A DNA stretch of 62,068 nt from Patescibacteria group bacterium (GCA_029260935.1 JAJDCJ010000015.1:1-62068); one strand, 5' to 3'; positions 27,302 to 38,006 are shown, numbered from the stretch's first letter. Notes: generated by a model not told the origin, from the sequence alone. Translations and numbers: made by a program.

Positions 27302-29030
27302 TTTCACAAGACGAATACGGGTTATTGCACTGATAGTAGTACTACTGTCGTTTGTTTTAATATTTAGACTCTATACCCACCAGATAGTTAACGGAAGCAA
27401 GTATAGGATTCGTGCCGAAGGTCAATACGCACAGCCCAGCGCACAGCATTTTGACCGTGGATCTATATTTTTTACTTCAAAAAACGGCTCACTTATTAGC
27501 GCGGCTACACTTGATAGTGGTTTTACAGTGGCGCTTCTTCCAAATCAAGTCAGCGACGTTGCTCAGACATATAACACACTTTCTGATTATCTTGATATTG
27601 ATAGTATTGAATTTCTGGAAAAAGCGGCTAAAAAAGATGACCCCTATGAGGAATTGGCGCGGCGTGTCTCCCCACAAGTCGGCTCCTCTGTTCGTGAAGC
27701 GAATATTGATGGGGTAGGAGTCTACCCTGAAAGGTGGCGTCTCTATCCGGGGGCACGCACCGCGGCGCAAACGATAGGGTTCCTCGGGTTTGGCAGTGGT
27801 AACACTCTCAAAGGGCAATATGGGTTAGAGCGTTTTTATGATGAACAGCTCACGAAACAAAACACAGGACTCTATGTAAACTTTTTTGCAGATATTTTTG
27901 GAGACTTACGTTCACGGATTTTCGTTCCAGACACGCACCCAGGTGCTGATGTTGTGACCGCAATTGAACCCACAACACAAACATTTCTTGAGGAGCTCAC
28001 GTTGCGTTACCAAAAAAAATGGAACGCACGAGAGGTGGGGGCTATTATTCTTGACCCTAAAACTGGTGAAGTAATAGCGCTTGCGACACTTCCTAACTTT
28101 GACCCAAACGATGTGTCTCATTCAGATCCGCTGGCATTCTCTAACCGCCTCGTTGAGCGTGTGTACGAGTTTGGCTCTATTGTAAAGCCACTCACGGTGG
28201 CAGCAGGTATTGATGCAGGAGTGATCACTCCTGAAAGTACCTACAACGACCGCGGTTTTGCTGAGTATGACGGTTCACGTATTTCAAACTTTGATGGAAA
28301 AGGTCGCGGAGTAGTTGAGATACAGCAGATACTCAGTCAGTCACTCAACACGGGCGTTGCTCACATTGTTGAGGAATTAGGGACTGACACGTTCCGATCA
28401 TATTTAAAAGCATATGGCATTGCCGAAGAAACCGGTATTGATTTACCTAATGAAGCAGCACCTATTGTGAGCAATCTTGAAAGCCCTCGTACAATTGAAT
28501 ATGTGACTGCCTCTTTTGGGCAGGGAATAGCACTCACACCCATTGCCATGGCGCGTGCGCTCGCCACTCTTGCAAATGAGGGAAAAGTACCATCTCCACA
28601 TATTGCAACACGTTTGAAGTATCCAGGAGGTGTGTCTAAAAAGTTAGGATGGTCTCCAGAGCGCCGTGCAATAAGTAAACACTCTGCAGAAACAGTAACG
28701 CGTATGCTCGTTGAGGTTGTTGATACGGCGCTCCGTGGTGGGACGGTAAAAATACCTGAGTTATCAGTTGCTGCAAAAACAGGAACTGCTCAAATTGCCG
28801 AAGAAGGACAGAGGGGCTATTCTGAGAGTAAATTCCTGCACTCATTTTTTGGCTACTTCCCAGCGTATGAACCAGAGTTTCTCGTGTTCCTTTACGCGGT
28901 TGAACCACAGGGTGCACGATATGCTTCAGAGACGTGGACCGAATCATTTATGGAAGCAGTGCGATTTTTGGTATCATATTACGATATACAACCAGACAGA
29001 ATCCCTGTTGAGTCACCACAAGATATTTAA
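27291..29030 (+). CDS. ftsI: Division transpeptidase PBP3
   Basis: GSIVKP, SLN, AKTGTAQ; dcw context. Confidence 0.92.
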   Translation: MRANFTRRIRVIALIVVLLSFVLIFRLYTHQIVNGSKYRIRAEGQYAQPSAQHFDRGSIFFTSKNGSLISAATLDSGFTVALLPNQVSDVAQTYNTLSDYLDIDSIEFLEKAAKKDDPYEELARRVSPQVGSSVREANIDGVGVYPERWRLYPGARTAAQTIGFLGFGSGNTLKGQYGLERFYDEQLTKQNTGLYVNFFADIFGDLRSRIFVPDTHPGADVVTAIEPTTQTFLEELTLRYQKKWNAREVGAIILDPKTGEVIALATLPNFDPNDVSHSDPLAFSNRLVERVYEFGSIVKPLTVAAGIDAGVITPESTYNDRGFAEYDGSRISNFDGKGRGVVEIQQILSQSLNTGVAHIVEELGTDTFRSYLKAYGIAEETGIDLPNEAAPIVSNLESPRTIEYVTASFGQGIALTPIAMARALATLANEGKVPSPHIATRLKYPGGVSKKLGWSPERRAISKHSAETVTRMLVEVVDTALRGGTVKIPELSVAAKTGTAQIAEEGQRGYSESKFLHSFFGYFPAYEPEFLVFLYAVEPQGARYASETWTESFMEAVRFLVSYYDIQPDRIPVESPQDI

Positions 29031-29048
29031 AATGAAACCATGCTATCT

Positions 29049-30341
29049 ATGAAAGAATTTGTTAGAAACATTATCCTCTTTATACTCACTCTTCAAGCGA
29101 AGGCGATATTAAAAAAGTACCAGCCAAAAATTATTGTGGTTACTGGATCAGTGGGGAAGACATCAACAAAAGATGCAACGTACGCAGCATTAAAGAAATG
29201 TACCTTTGTTCGTAAAAGTGAGAAAAGTTATAACTCAGACATTGGTGTGCCGTTAACTATTTTAGGGGTGCCAAACGGATGGGCGAACTTACTGAAGTGG
29301 ATGCACAATATTATTGATGGATTTTTATTAATTCTCATTACTACTCCGTACCCACGATGGTTAGTTATTGAAGTTGGAGCAGATAGACCTGGGGACTTAT
29401 CAAAGTCACTTTCTTGGCTTCAACCGAACATTGTCATCACGACACTTTTTCCCGAGATGCCCGTGCATGTAGAATTCTATTCTTCACCGAAAGCTGTCAT
29501 AGAAGAAGAATTATTCCCTGTGTCACTTTTATTAAAAGGAGGTGTGGTCGCGGTAAACAAAGACTACGAAGAGAACATTTCTCTCCCTTTGAAAGATGGT
29601 GTTCGTACAATAACGTATGGGTTTGATAAAAAATCAGACGTACGAGCTCTGCGGTACCACATTCTCGTCAGGCAAGGAGTTCCAAGAGGTATTAGTTTTA
29701 CTCTTTCGTATCAAAACACTTCTGTGCCTGTCTCTCTTGTGGGTGTGATTGGGACCAGCCATGTGTATGCCATACTTGCAGGCATTTCAGGAGCTCTGGC
29801 AGCTGGAGCAACGCTAGATACTATACATACGATCGCCGAGCAGTATGACGCACCTCCAGGTAGGTTACGTCTCGTGAGCGGTATATCTCAGTCAATTATT
29901 ATTGATGACAGTTACAATGCTTCTCCTGTTGCAACCAAAGAAGCGCTTAAGACACTTTTGGACGCTCCGGCGAAAAGGCGTATTGCAGTAATCGGTGATA
30001 TGTTAGAGCTCGGCACGTACTCAAAAGATGAGCATATAAAAATAGGAGTCTTAGCATATCAGTCTGCCGACATATTCGTAACTGTCGGGGTGCGCGCCAA
30101 AGAGAGTGCCGAAGAAGCTCTCCGCCAGGGTATGAACCAGAATGCTGTGTATCAATTTGATCGTAGTGAGGAAGCTGTCGTGTTCTTGACGTCTACCTTG
30201 AAAGTAGGTAAGGGTGATGTTGTTTTGATAAAGGGGTCTCAAAGTACTCGTATGGAACGAGTTACCAAGGCACTCATGGAAAATCCGGAAAACGCCGAAC
30301 GATTACTTCCTCGTCAAGACCCCGAGTGGCTTTTGAGATAA
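29049..30341 (+). CDS. murF: UDP-MurNAc-tripeptide D-Ala-D-Ala ligase
   Basis: VTGSVGKTSTK, DDSYNASP, GDMLELG, LIKGSQ. Confidence 0.93.
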   Translation: MKEFVRNIILFILTLQAKAILKKYQPKIIVVTGSVGKTSTKDATYAALKKCTFVRKSEKSYNSDIGVPLTILGVPNGWANLLKWMHNIIDGFLLILITTPYPRWLVIEVGADRPGDLSKSLSWLQPNIVITTLFPEMPVHVEFYSSPKAVIEEELFPVSLLLKGGVVAVNKDYEENISLPLKDGVRTITYGFDKKSDVRALRYHILVRQGVPRGISFTLSYQNTSVPVSLVGVIGTSHVYAILAGISGALAAGATLDTIHTIAEQYDAPPGRLRLVSGISQSIIIDDSYNASPVATKEALKTLLDAPAKRRIAVIGDMLELGTYSKDEHIKIGVLAYQSADIFVTVGVRAKESAEEALRQGMNQNAVYQFDRSEEAVVFLTSTLKVGKGDVVLIKGSQSTRMERVTKALMENPENAERLLPRQDPEWLLR

Positions 30342-30417
30342 CCAACAGGTGCACCACGCACTTTGTTTTCAACAGTCTAAAATATACTTACGCCAAAAAG
30401 AGCTATAATTTAAGTAA

Positions 30418-31872
30418 ATGAAATACATATTTTTTCTCCTGACGCCGCTATTATTTATTCCCTTACTTACCAACGCAGAAGAAGCTTTTGTTGACTCCTC
30501 TGTTTTAAACATAACCACTGAGACGTTTGAATCAGACGACGACTTTGCTCGGTCAATCGGGAAGGAATCCTTTGAAGATGTTGAGTTTTACAACGGTCTC
30601 TATTCAGAAGATGTGCAGTTCACACTTTCCGTTCCTGGGGCAATAAGTTGTTTTGACCACTATGAGTTTGGTAGCGTTGAGGTAGTACTGGAGTCTGCAA
30701 TAGAGACAGCGCTCCCAGGGGTGCCGGTTGATTTTTCGGTAGTGGTACGCAACAACAATCCATATCCGATTATTGACGGCTCAGTCATCATTAAAATTTT
30801 TCGGGAAAACAGTGATATTGATGTACGCCTCACACAAGGCAACCATACCATTGACCAGTTCAATGCCTTAAATGGCATTAACCTTGGAGCTCATGAAGAG
30901 TCAACCTATACTTTCACCTGGGTACCACCACTTGAAATTTCTGGAGGCCGTTACTATGCAGCAACACATTTTGCAACCGCAGGTCGGTTTAACCTCTCAG
31001 GGCTCACATTCACCGATGACATTGTAGGGAGTACGTATATGTTCAGGGTAGTTTCGGACAACACTCCGATCTACTTTGAAAAAAACTCAGTACAAATCAA
31101 TGATGCGCGGTACTTCTTTATCGGACAACCGCAAGCTGTTCCTGATACTCCAACTGATATTCAGGTAACACTAAGAAATGATTCAGATATTGATAGAGAA
31201 TTGAATATAGTCTGGTTCCTCTACCGATGGGACGCACTCCGGGCTGAAAACCTTATTGAGCAAATACCACAACGAGTTGTTGCCCCTGCCGGAGGTAGTG
31301 TAGATGTAACGTACATTGCAAGGGATATTGATTATTCAGCATATCTTGCAGTTCCTGTTCTGTATGATGCCAGCGGTAACCTCTTAGGATCATTTCTCAA
31401 CATTCGTTTCTTGCGTGAAAATGTTGACGTGCCACGCATTAACTTCCCGACAGTATTGTCGTACCCAATAGTTGCGGGTGAAGAAGTCTCTCTCTTTGCG
31501 TGTTTGCATAACGCAGGCCTTGGCGACGTAGTGGGGGATGTCGCTCTTGATTTAGAATTGGTTGATTCACGTAACCGTACGCTCCACAGCTATTCGTATG
31601 AAGGTGACATTACAGGCGCTATGCTTGGATTTTTAGACAGTTTTACACCGCGCAGAGACTACGACAGCTTTACTTTAATTGCCAGTGTATCTGCCGACGG
31701 GGAACTGCTTGACCGTGTTGAAATTGACTATCAGTGCGACGAGCTCAACCCTGCCACTCAGTGTCAAGAGGAGGGCGATTTTGCCGGTGGGGGGATCGTA
31801 CTTACGTTATTTACTGGGCTCTCCATACTATTATTAATTTTCTTTGTGTTCCTTTTAAAGAGAAAAGCATAA
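30418..31872 (+). CDS. Secreted acidic beta-sandwich protein with C-terminal TM anchor
   Basis: Signal peptide, Ig-like strands, C-terminal TM then KRK. Confidence 0.8.
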   Translation: MKYIFFLLTPLLFIPLLTNAEEAFVDSSVLNITTETFESDDDFARSIGKESFEDVEFYNGLYSEDVQFTLSVPGAISCFDHYEFGSVEVVLESAIETALPGVPVDFSVVVRNNNPYPIIDGSVIIKIFRENSDIDVRLTQGNHTIDQFNALNGINLGAHEESTYTFTWVPPLEISGGRYYAATHFATAGRFNLSGLTFTDDIVGSTYMFRVVSDNTPIYFEKNSVQINDARYFFIGQPQAVPDTPTDIQVTLRNDSDIDRELNIVWFLYRWDALRAENLIEQIPQRVVAPAGGSVDVTYIARDIDYSAYLAVPVLYDASGNLLGSFLNIRFLRENVDVPRINFPTVLSYPIVAGEEVSLFACLHNAGLGDVVGDVALDLELVDSRNRTLHSYSYEGDITGAMLGFLDSFTPRRDYDSFTLIASVSADGELLDRVEIDYQCDELNPATQCQEEGDFAGGGIVLTLFTGLSILLLIFFVFLLKRKA

Positions 31873-31874
31873 CT

Positions 31875-34157
31875 ATGAAACACATACTACGACTTTCACT
31901 TATACTGACCTTCCTTATGGTCTTACTGGTACCAACGGGAGCTTTTGCGCTTTCAAAGAACTTTAGTACTACCGTTAATGGCACGTTCCAATACTTCTGG
32001 AACTGGGGGGCGGAGTATGCCAGCGCAGTGGGGGCATCGCAGTCCTCAAACTGGACTGACGGTTTAATTAATCCGAACGTTACCGTTACATACGAAGCCG
32101 ACGTTCTTGACAACACCACCGGCGCTCTTATTCCAAACAATTCAACTATTCCTGTGGGAACTAAATTACGCTTTGCTCCTAAAGATTTTGAAGATACTGA
32201 CATCTACTGGTTTGGCACAGGTAAAAGTGCAGACAGTCCATACGGGCACTGGGTGTCTGGTGCTGACTTTCCTGCAGGTTCAATAAGTTGCCCACAACAA
32301 GACTATGTTTCAACGTATATATATCCAACACCGAAAGTGGGACCGATAAAAGTGTACGTGCCTCTTTCTGTTAACCCCCCACAAGTGACCATTAGTCATT
32401 CCGGAACAGCCGATCTTTCATGTAATTCTGGTAACACCGTGTGTACCGTTAATTCAGCAGGAACCATTGATTCAAGCTTTATTTTTGAGCCAACTATTGG
32501 TAAGTTTTATTATCGCTATGATGATCCACAAATTAAAAGCAGGTTGACCCTTTACGGGACAGGGCAATTACTTAAAATTAACCTGAGAGATCCCCAGTGT
32601 GTTGGTAACGAAGTTCCTCTGCGTCTCGGGTCTGCTACTGCTCAAAACGTCTATACTATTCCTCGCTCAGAACAAGATTTGGAGCAACGTATACAAAAGG
32701 CAGGTGGGGGAACCTATCGGTTTTATGATGAGGACAACGAGGAACAGCTACAATTCCGGTCTAGTCGTTTTGAAAATAGAAGAATAGGATTTGGCGGAGC
32801 GCAACAAAATAGTAGTCAACCAACATTCAGTAGCTTTATAGCCGCTGTGTTCGCTCCATTTTCTAACGGTTCATTTGCCGTTGGAGATCGGTTTGATCCA
32901 TTTGATTTTACCTTTGAGACTACTGTACGAACCCCAACGCCAACTCAAGAAGTATCACCAGCGCTCCCTACTATCTCAGGGGCCACTTCAGGGGATATAG
33001 ATATTGAATATTCATTTCAACTTTCCCCAGGAAATTTTCGGGACCTTAGACCGATTGCGTATGAAATAGACTGGAACGGTGACAGTGTAGTTAACCAAAG
33101 AACCCCGACCACTGGTTTTGTGGTTCCAAGTAGTTTCCAAACAGTTTCAAAATCATGGAACTCTTTCGGCCCTAAGACCTTCAAGGTACGCTCAGTCGTA
33201 TCTGGTTTTACCTCAAACTGGAAGACATACACAATAAATATTGTTACACCTCAGCAAGTCATTATTAATGTAAGCTCAACTAACACTACTAACTCAGATG
33301 ACGGCACCTATGTTTTGGATGTCCCAGAGGTCGTTATTACTTCAAACCTCAACGCAACCGGAGGAAATACGCCACCATCGGCCCCAATCATAAACGGTCC
33401 TACGGCGGGTGTAGTTGATACCTCCTACACATATACTTTTGACGCAACTGATGCTGATAATGACCAGATTCGTTACCGCATTGACTGGGACAATAACGGT
33501 ACTATTGATCAAACAGTGCCAGGCAGTGGTTATACTGCCTCAGGTACACAACTTCCTGCCTCTCGTCTATGGGGACCGGTGGGCACCTATACTTTTCAGG
33601 CACACACACAGGACGATCAAGGAAACAGCTCAGGGTGGCAGTCATTCACTACCGTTATTTCTCAGACAAGCACTCAGTGTTCCGACGGAATTGACAACGA
33701 CGGTGATGGCAATGTTGATTTCCCTTCAGACTCGGGATGTATTTCAGGTGGTGATGATACCGAAGCGCCAAACCCTCCTACACCTCAGTGTTCAGACGGA
33801 ATTGATAACAATGGCAACGGTTTGATTGATTACCCAAATGATCCTGCATGTTCATCATCAAACGACAATAACGAAGAGACTATCAATGCCGATATCTCTC
33901 TTTCTGCTACTCAAACATTAGTGCAGAGCGGTGGTACGACAGTACTTAACTGGTCAGCACAAAATGTACGTGCCGACTCGTGTACACTCTCAGGCACTAA
34001 TGGCGACTCATGGAGTCTCTCTGGTGCTTCAGGAAGTCAAACAACAGGGGCTCTTATGGGTGAGACCACCTACACACTAACCTGTACCAATCTGAGCGAT
34101 GAGACGATATCGGCAACGCTGATATTAAAAGTTACTCCGAGTTTTGAAGAGATTTAA
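31875..34157 (+). CDS. Large secreted adhesin-like protein (PKD/Ig-like domains, two CSDGIDN repeats, C-terminal PSFEEI)
   Basis: Signal peptide from MKHILRL; Y.IDW..D PKD-like repeats; DxDxDG loops. Confidence 0.85.
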   Translation: MKHILRLSLILTFLMVLLVPTGAFALSKNFSTTVNGTFQYFWNWGAEYASAVGASQSSNWTDGLINPNVTVTYEADVLDNTTGALIPNNSTIPVGTKLRFAPKDFEDTDIYWFGTGKSADSPYGHWVSGADFPAGSISCPQQDYVSTYIYPTPKVGPIKVYVPLSVNPPQVTISHSGTADLSCNSGNTVCTVNSAGTIDSSFIFEPTIGKFYYRYDDPQIKSRLTLYGTGQLLKINLRDPQCVGNEVPLRLGSATAQNVYTIPRSEQDLEQRIQKAGGGTYRFYDEDNEEQLQFRSSRFENRRIGFGGAQQNSSQPTFSSFIAAVFAPFSNGSFAVGDRFDPFDFTFETTVRTPTPTQEVSPALPTISGATSGDIDIEYSFQLSPGNFRDLRPIAYEIDWNGDSVVNQRTPTTGFVVPSSFQTVSKSWNSFGPKTFKVRSVVSGFTSNWKTYTINIVTPQQVIINVSSTNTTNSDDGTYVLDVPEVVITSNLNATGGNTPPSAPIINGPTAGVVDTSYTYTFDATDADNDQIRYRIDWDNNGTIDQTVPGSGYTASGTQLPASRLWGPVGTYTFQAHTQDDQGNSSGWQSFTTVISQTSTQCSDGIDNDGDGNVDFPSDSGCISGGDDTEAPNPPTPQCSDGIDNNGNGLIDYPNDPACSSSNDNNEETINADISLSATQTLVQSGGTTVLNWSAQNVRADSCTLSGTNGDSWSLSGASGSQTTGALMGETTYTLTCTNLSDETISATLILKVTPSFEEI

Positions 34158-34165
34158 GAGATTTA

Positions 34166-35125
34166 ATGAAGTATACTATTTCTATGAAGAGACGGGTACT
34201 GCGCTACGGAGGCATCGGTTCGCTCTTAGTGGTGCTGCTTTTTATCTTCGTGTTCATCACGACACAAGACTCGTGGAGCGTAAATTCTCGTTATTTTTTT
34301 CAACTCTTAAATGCACCACAGTCAGTAAAGAATGCAATTTTTATTACCACTCATGGTGAAGAAACAGCACTCGCTCGTGTTGCCTTTGGTGGCATTGTAA
34401 CCACTGTGTACCCTGAAAGAAATATTTTAGAAGTGGCACGTACCAATGGAGTGATGGTGGGAGTCCTTGAAGATGCCCAGAGTGGCGCCGTTGATGTCTT
34501 TTTAATACAGGGCAAAAAACTAACCCCTCTTACCACGGACGGTTTACCAAAATCAAGTATTACCATTTCTCCCGACGGGTCACGAGTTGCGTTTGCAGTC
34601 AAGGGTCCCGCTTTTGAAGGCATCCGAGAAGATGCCTATGACGTGCGTCGCTACGAAATTTCCGTGTTACGTATTAGTTCGCCAGACGTCGTTGGGGTCT
34701 ATAAAGGAAACCATCCGCGCTTTTTTGACAGAGACTCACTCTTTGCCTTTTCCGAACAAGGCCTGACCGTTTACGAACTACAAACAGGTTCCTCGCGTTT
34801 TTTCGCCGACAGTCTTGCTTTTACTGCGAGCGAGCGGCCCGTGTTTGGAGAAGGGGGCCCTTTTATGGTGCGTGATCCATTTGGCGGTTCACAGTTTTTG
34901 GTCATGAACATGGTGTCGCTGAACCCCATTTTTTATCAACTCGTTGGCACTCTTTCCACATCAAACGAACAAGACTTTTTTACCACGCAGGGTAATACTG
35001 TTTTTAAAGGTTCATTTGTGGACGGCGTGTTCCAATTGAGTGACTATGCCAACCTGGAAGAGGACCCGGAGGTTGTCTTATCCTTACCAGAGGAATACTT
35101 TAAACCCATTACTGTAATTTTCTAA
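34166..35125 (+). CDS. Membrane-anchored TolB-like beta-propeller protein
   Basis: N-terminal TM, ISPDGSRVAFA (PD40-like). Confidence 0.7.
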   Translation: MKYTISMKRRVLRYGGIGSLLVVLLFIFVFITTQDSWSVNSRYFFQLLNAPQSVKNAIFITTHGEETALARVAFGGIVTTVYPERNILEVARTNGVMVGVLEDAQSGAVDVFLIQGKKLTPLTTDGLPKSSITISPDGSRVAFAVKGPAFEGIREDAYDVRRYEISVLRISSPDVVGVYKGNHPRFFDRDSLFAFSEQGLTVYELQTGSSRFFADSLAFTASERPVFGEGGPFMVRDPFGGSQFLVMNMVSLNPIFYQLVGTLSTSNEQDFFTTQGNTVFKGSFVDGVFQLSDYANLEEDPEVVLSLPEEYFKPITVIF

Positions 35126-35128
35126 TAT

Positions 35129-36742
35129 ATGAAACTATCTTATATGTCATTTAAAAAAATATTTTTTGCGCTCGCGCTACCGTTGTTTATTCTGGTACCG
35201 TTTTTTGTCGCACCTCAAAACGCGTTTGCCACCTGTATCACAAAGTACGTTGTCGTTGGTGGATTCACGTTCCCGGTTTCCGTCGGTGACTGTTCCGGCA
35301 CAAGTACCAGTAAACCAACAGTTACGTTTTCGGCGACCCCCGAAACCGTTTCCACGAACGGCGCGTCTTCAATTTTTTGGAAAGCTACAAACGCAACGAG
35401 CTGTACCGGTACCGGTTTTTCAACCGGAGGCAAAACAAACGGTTCAGTTATTGTGTACCTACAAAACGCTTCAAAGACATTCAGTATTTCCTGTAGCGGA
35501 TCTTCAGGTTCGGTAACTGACAGTGTTACGGTCACGGTAATACCGACGCAATCGTCGGGAACCAATACTAATCCGGTAACATCGGCGGGCGCGACACCCG
35601 GCGGCGGTTTTTATTTTGGTGTGCCCTGCGGTTTTTTTGAACCATGCAATAGCCCGCCATTTACTCCGCAAACATGCAAACCTGCGTTAAGCAGCAACAA
35701 ATCGTCGGTTGTGGCTGGGCAAAGCGCCACTCTTACCTGGAGCGCGACTATGACGAAACCAAGCTCTACATACTTTGGCATCATGCCTACTACCATATCA
35801 GTCAGCAATGTTGGGGAGGTGGCATCAACACCCGCCGGTACGATAACACCAGATTTAAGCGGTACCGTCTCGGTAAGCCCGACAGAACCAACCACATACA
35901 TTACAGTCTGCAAGATGGAAGATGCATTTTTTGGGTCAACCACTAATTCAAGTCCTGTAACTATTACCACTCTTGCCCCTGTTGGTGGTTCTTGTAGTGC
36001 CTCGCCAGGCAGTATTACAAGTGGGCAATCGTCCACCTGGACCGCAACTCCTTCCGGAGGGGATGGCGCATACACCTATGTATGGAGTGGTACTGATTCA
36101 CTCGCCGGAACCTCACAATCAGTTATCAAAACATATACATCAGTAGGAACAAAAAGCGGTTCAGTTGCCATCACCTCTGCCGGTTCGTCAAAAACAATCA
36201 GCTGTTCAAATACAGTGACTGTAATTAATCCTCAACCTCAATGCTCAGACGGCATTGATAATGATGGTGATGGAAAAATTGACAGTGCTGACTTCGGTTG
36301 CTACTCCACAGGAGGTGGTGGTGGAGACGTATACGACCCAAACAAAAATAACGAATTCCCTAACCCTCAATGCTCAGACGGTATTGACAACAACGGTAAC
36401 GGGTTCGTTGACTATCCTAATGACCTCACCTGTTCATCGTCTAGCGACAACAATGAAGAAGTGGCGCCAGTGGCAGGAATCACCCTCTCGGCAACGCAAA
36501 CTCTGGTACAGAAAAACCAAAGTACCACACTCACCTGGTCTGCAAGCAATGTGAAGACAGACTCCTGCAGTCTTGCAGGAACCAATGGCGACTCATGGAA
36601 CCTCTCCGGCACCGCGGGAAGTCAAGTCACGGGTGCGCTCGTAGGGGAGACCATCTACACCCTTTCGTGTACCGACCTCAATAAAAAATTAGTTTCAACA
36701 CAGGTCACCGTCAAGGTTGTACCAAGTTTTGAAGAGATTTAA
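35129..36742 (+). CDS. Secreted Ser/Thr/Cys-rich adhesin-like protein (Ig-like repeats, two CSDGIDN repeats, C-terminal PSFEEI)
   Basis: Signal peptide AFA; TLTWS repeats; shared C-terminal module. Confidence 0.85.
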   Translation: MKLSYMSFKKIFFALALPLFILVPFFVAPQNAFATCITKYVVVGGFTFPVSVGDCSGTSTSKPTVTFSATPETVSTNGASSIFWKATNATSCTGTGFSTGGKTNGSVIVYLQNASKTFSISCSGSSGSVTDSVTVTVIPTQSSGTNTNPVTSAGATPGGGFYFGVPCGFFEPCNSPPFTPQTCKPALSSNKSSVVAGQSATLTWSATMTKPSSTYFGIMPTTISVSNVGEVASTPAGTITPDLSGTVSVSPTEPTTYITVCKMEDAFFGSTTNSSPVTITTLAPVGGSCSASPGSITSGQSSTWTATPSGGDGAYTYVWSGTDSLAGTSQSVIKTYTSVGTKSGSVAITSAGSSKTISCSNTVTVINPQPQCSDGIDNDGDGKIDSADFGCYSTGGGGGDVYDPNKNNEFPNPQCSDGIDNNGNGFVDYPNDLTCSSSSDNNEEVAPVAGITLSATQTLVQKNQSTTLTWSASNVKTDSCSLAGTNGDSWNLSGTAGSQVTGALVGETIYTLSCTDLNKKLVSTQVTVKVVPSFEEI

Positions 36743-36859
36743 AAGTATCGTTTGGCTCTCTATATCACAGGAATGTGTAGTTTATTTTTACACTATAAAA
36801 TGGTATATTTCTCAACGTTGTTCTTGGTTTCCTAGCCCCTATCACCTAGAACTTAGTTT

Positions 36860-36931
36860 GGCCCCATCGTCTAACGGTTAGGACACAAGCTTCTCAAGCT
36901 TGTAATCGGAGTTCGATTCTCCGTGGGGTCA
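36860..36931 (+). tRNA. tRNA-Glu(CTC)
   Basis: GGCCCCA/TGGGGTC acceptor stem; CAAGC-TTCTCAA-GCTTG anticodon arm; GTTCGATTC. Confidence 0.95.
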
Positions 36932-37463
36932 CAGATATGTTAATACCTAATGTGGATACATTAGGTATTTTACTTATCTGCATTCCCTACGGGGAATCGA
37001 AGAGAGGCTACGCGAAGCCTGTGAGTATACACAGTTGTAGCCGACGGGGTCGCGTCGCTTGGTGTTTTGTGAGGAACGAAACAAAACACTTAGCAAAGGT
37101 GACCGATGCGTGCGAGCGAAGCGAAGACACTTCTCCGTGGGGTCACTAGGCTAAAAACGCAAACTGCTTTGCTTGCGGCGGGGAATCGAAGGGCGGAATG
37201 CCACACCTCGCGAGGTGTGGCATGAGTCGGGGTCGCGGAAATTTCCAAGTAGCGACGAGGAAATTGAAAATGTAGCTGTCCGACAGCTACATTTTCACAA
37301 ACCGCTTTGCGTTTTTAGCCTAGTGACGGCCGGAAGCATAGTTTTACCAGCAGGCAAAACAGCTGAGGCGGGGCCGGCGACCAAAACTTTACGACGGTAA
37401 AGTTTTGAGTTGTGGGCCACAGGTGACCGATGCGTGCGAGCGTAAGCGAAGACACTTCTCCGT
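36932..37463. repeat. Two tandem palindrome-rich units, each ending in a copy of the tRNA-Glu 3' end; contains family A REP 37265-37297
   Basis: aggtgaccgatgcgtgcgagcg(t)aagcgaagacacttctccgt at 37097-37138 and 37421-37463; ggggaatcgaa inverted T-arm copies; 22-bp IR 37142-37163/37306-37327. Confidence 0.85.
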
Positions 37464-37466
37464 CTT

Positions 37467-38006
37467 TTAATTCGGAGAAGGGAAAAGCACTATATTATAG
37501 TCAGCGGTATTTTGACTCATATCCGCACCAGAGCATATATCTTTTCTCAACCCCGGGGGGGTTCCTTCGGCTTTATTAAAAGCAAGTGTTGCTCCACGTG
37601 GTCCATCGCACGCACAGCTACCTCGCACTAGATCACTGCAATGAATCGGGTCATATGAATAGAAATAGGTAACCCCATCGTACAGTGGATCTTTAGGGAT
37701 AGCGGTTAAATATTGAGCAAGTGCTTGCTCTATGGGGCCATTATCATCGCCTATTATTTCACCTAAATTAGAAACACCATCATCGGCATTACTTGGATAA
37801 CGTCTGTTATCATCAAAAAAGAAGTTCAGGGCAATATCTAGTTGTTTCATATCTGAAATCCGCCGTACATCACGTGCTTTTTGTCTGGCGGAGCCAATAC
37901 TTGAAACAACAATAGAGGACAATACACCAATGATGGCGATGACTACCAAAAGTTCAACAAGCGTAAAACCGCGTTTGGTTGTCTTACCATTTACTGAAAA
38001 ATGCAT
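37467..38006 (-). CDS. Type IV pilin (class III signal peptide)
   Basis: RG|FTLVELLVVIAIIG, ARQKARD.RRISD, IPKDP. Confidence 0.93.
   Translation of the reverse strand: MHFSVNGKTTKRGFTLVELLVVIAIIGVLSSIVVSSIGSARQKARDVRRISDMKQLDIALNFFFDDNRRYPSNADDGVSNLGEIIGDDNGPIEQALAQYLTAIPKDPLYDGVTYFYSYDPIHCSDLVRGSCACDGPRGATLAFNKAEGTPPGLRKDICSGADMSQNTADYNIVLFPSPN

Noticed and set aside
33670..36742. DGR template/variable repeat pair in the shared adhesin tails
   Set aside because: Differences are not adenine-specific, both copies are coding, and there is no reverse transcriptase in the window.
36937..37400. ORFs 36937-37149 and 37173-37400 (the latter shares NVAVRQLHF with the RAYT)
   Set aside because: The shared peptide is just the translated REP; the region is palindromic non-coding repeat.
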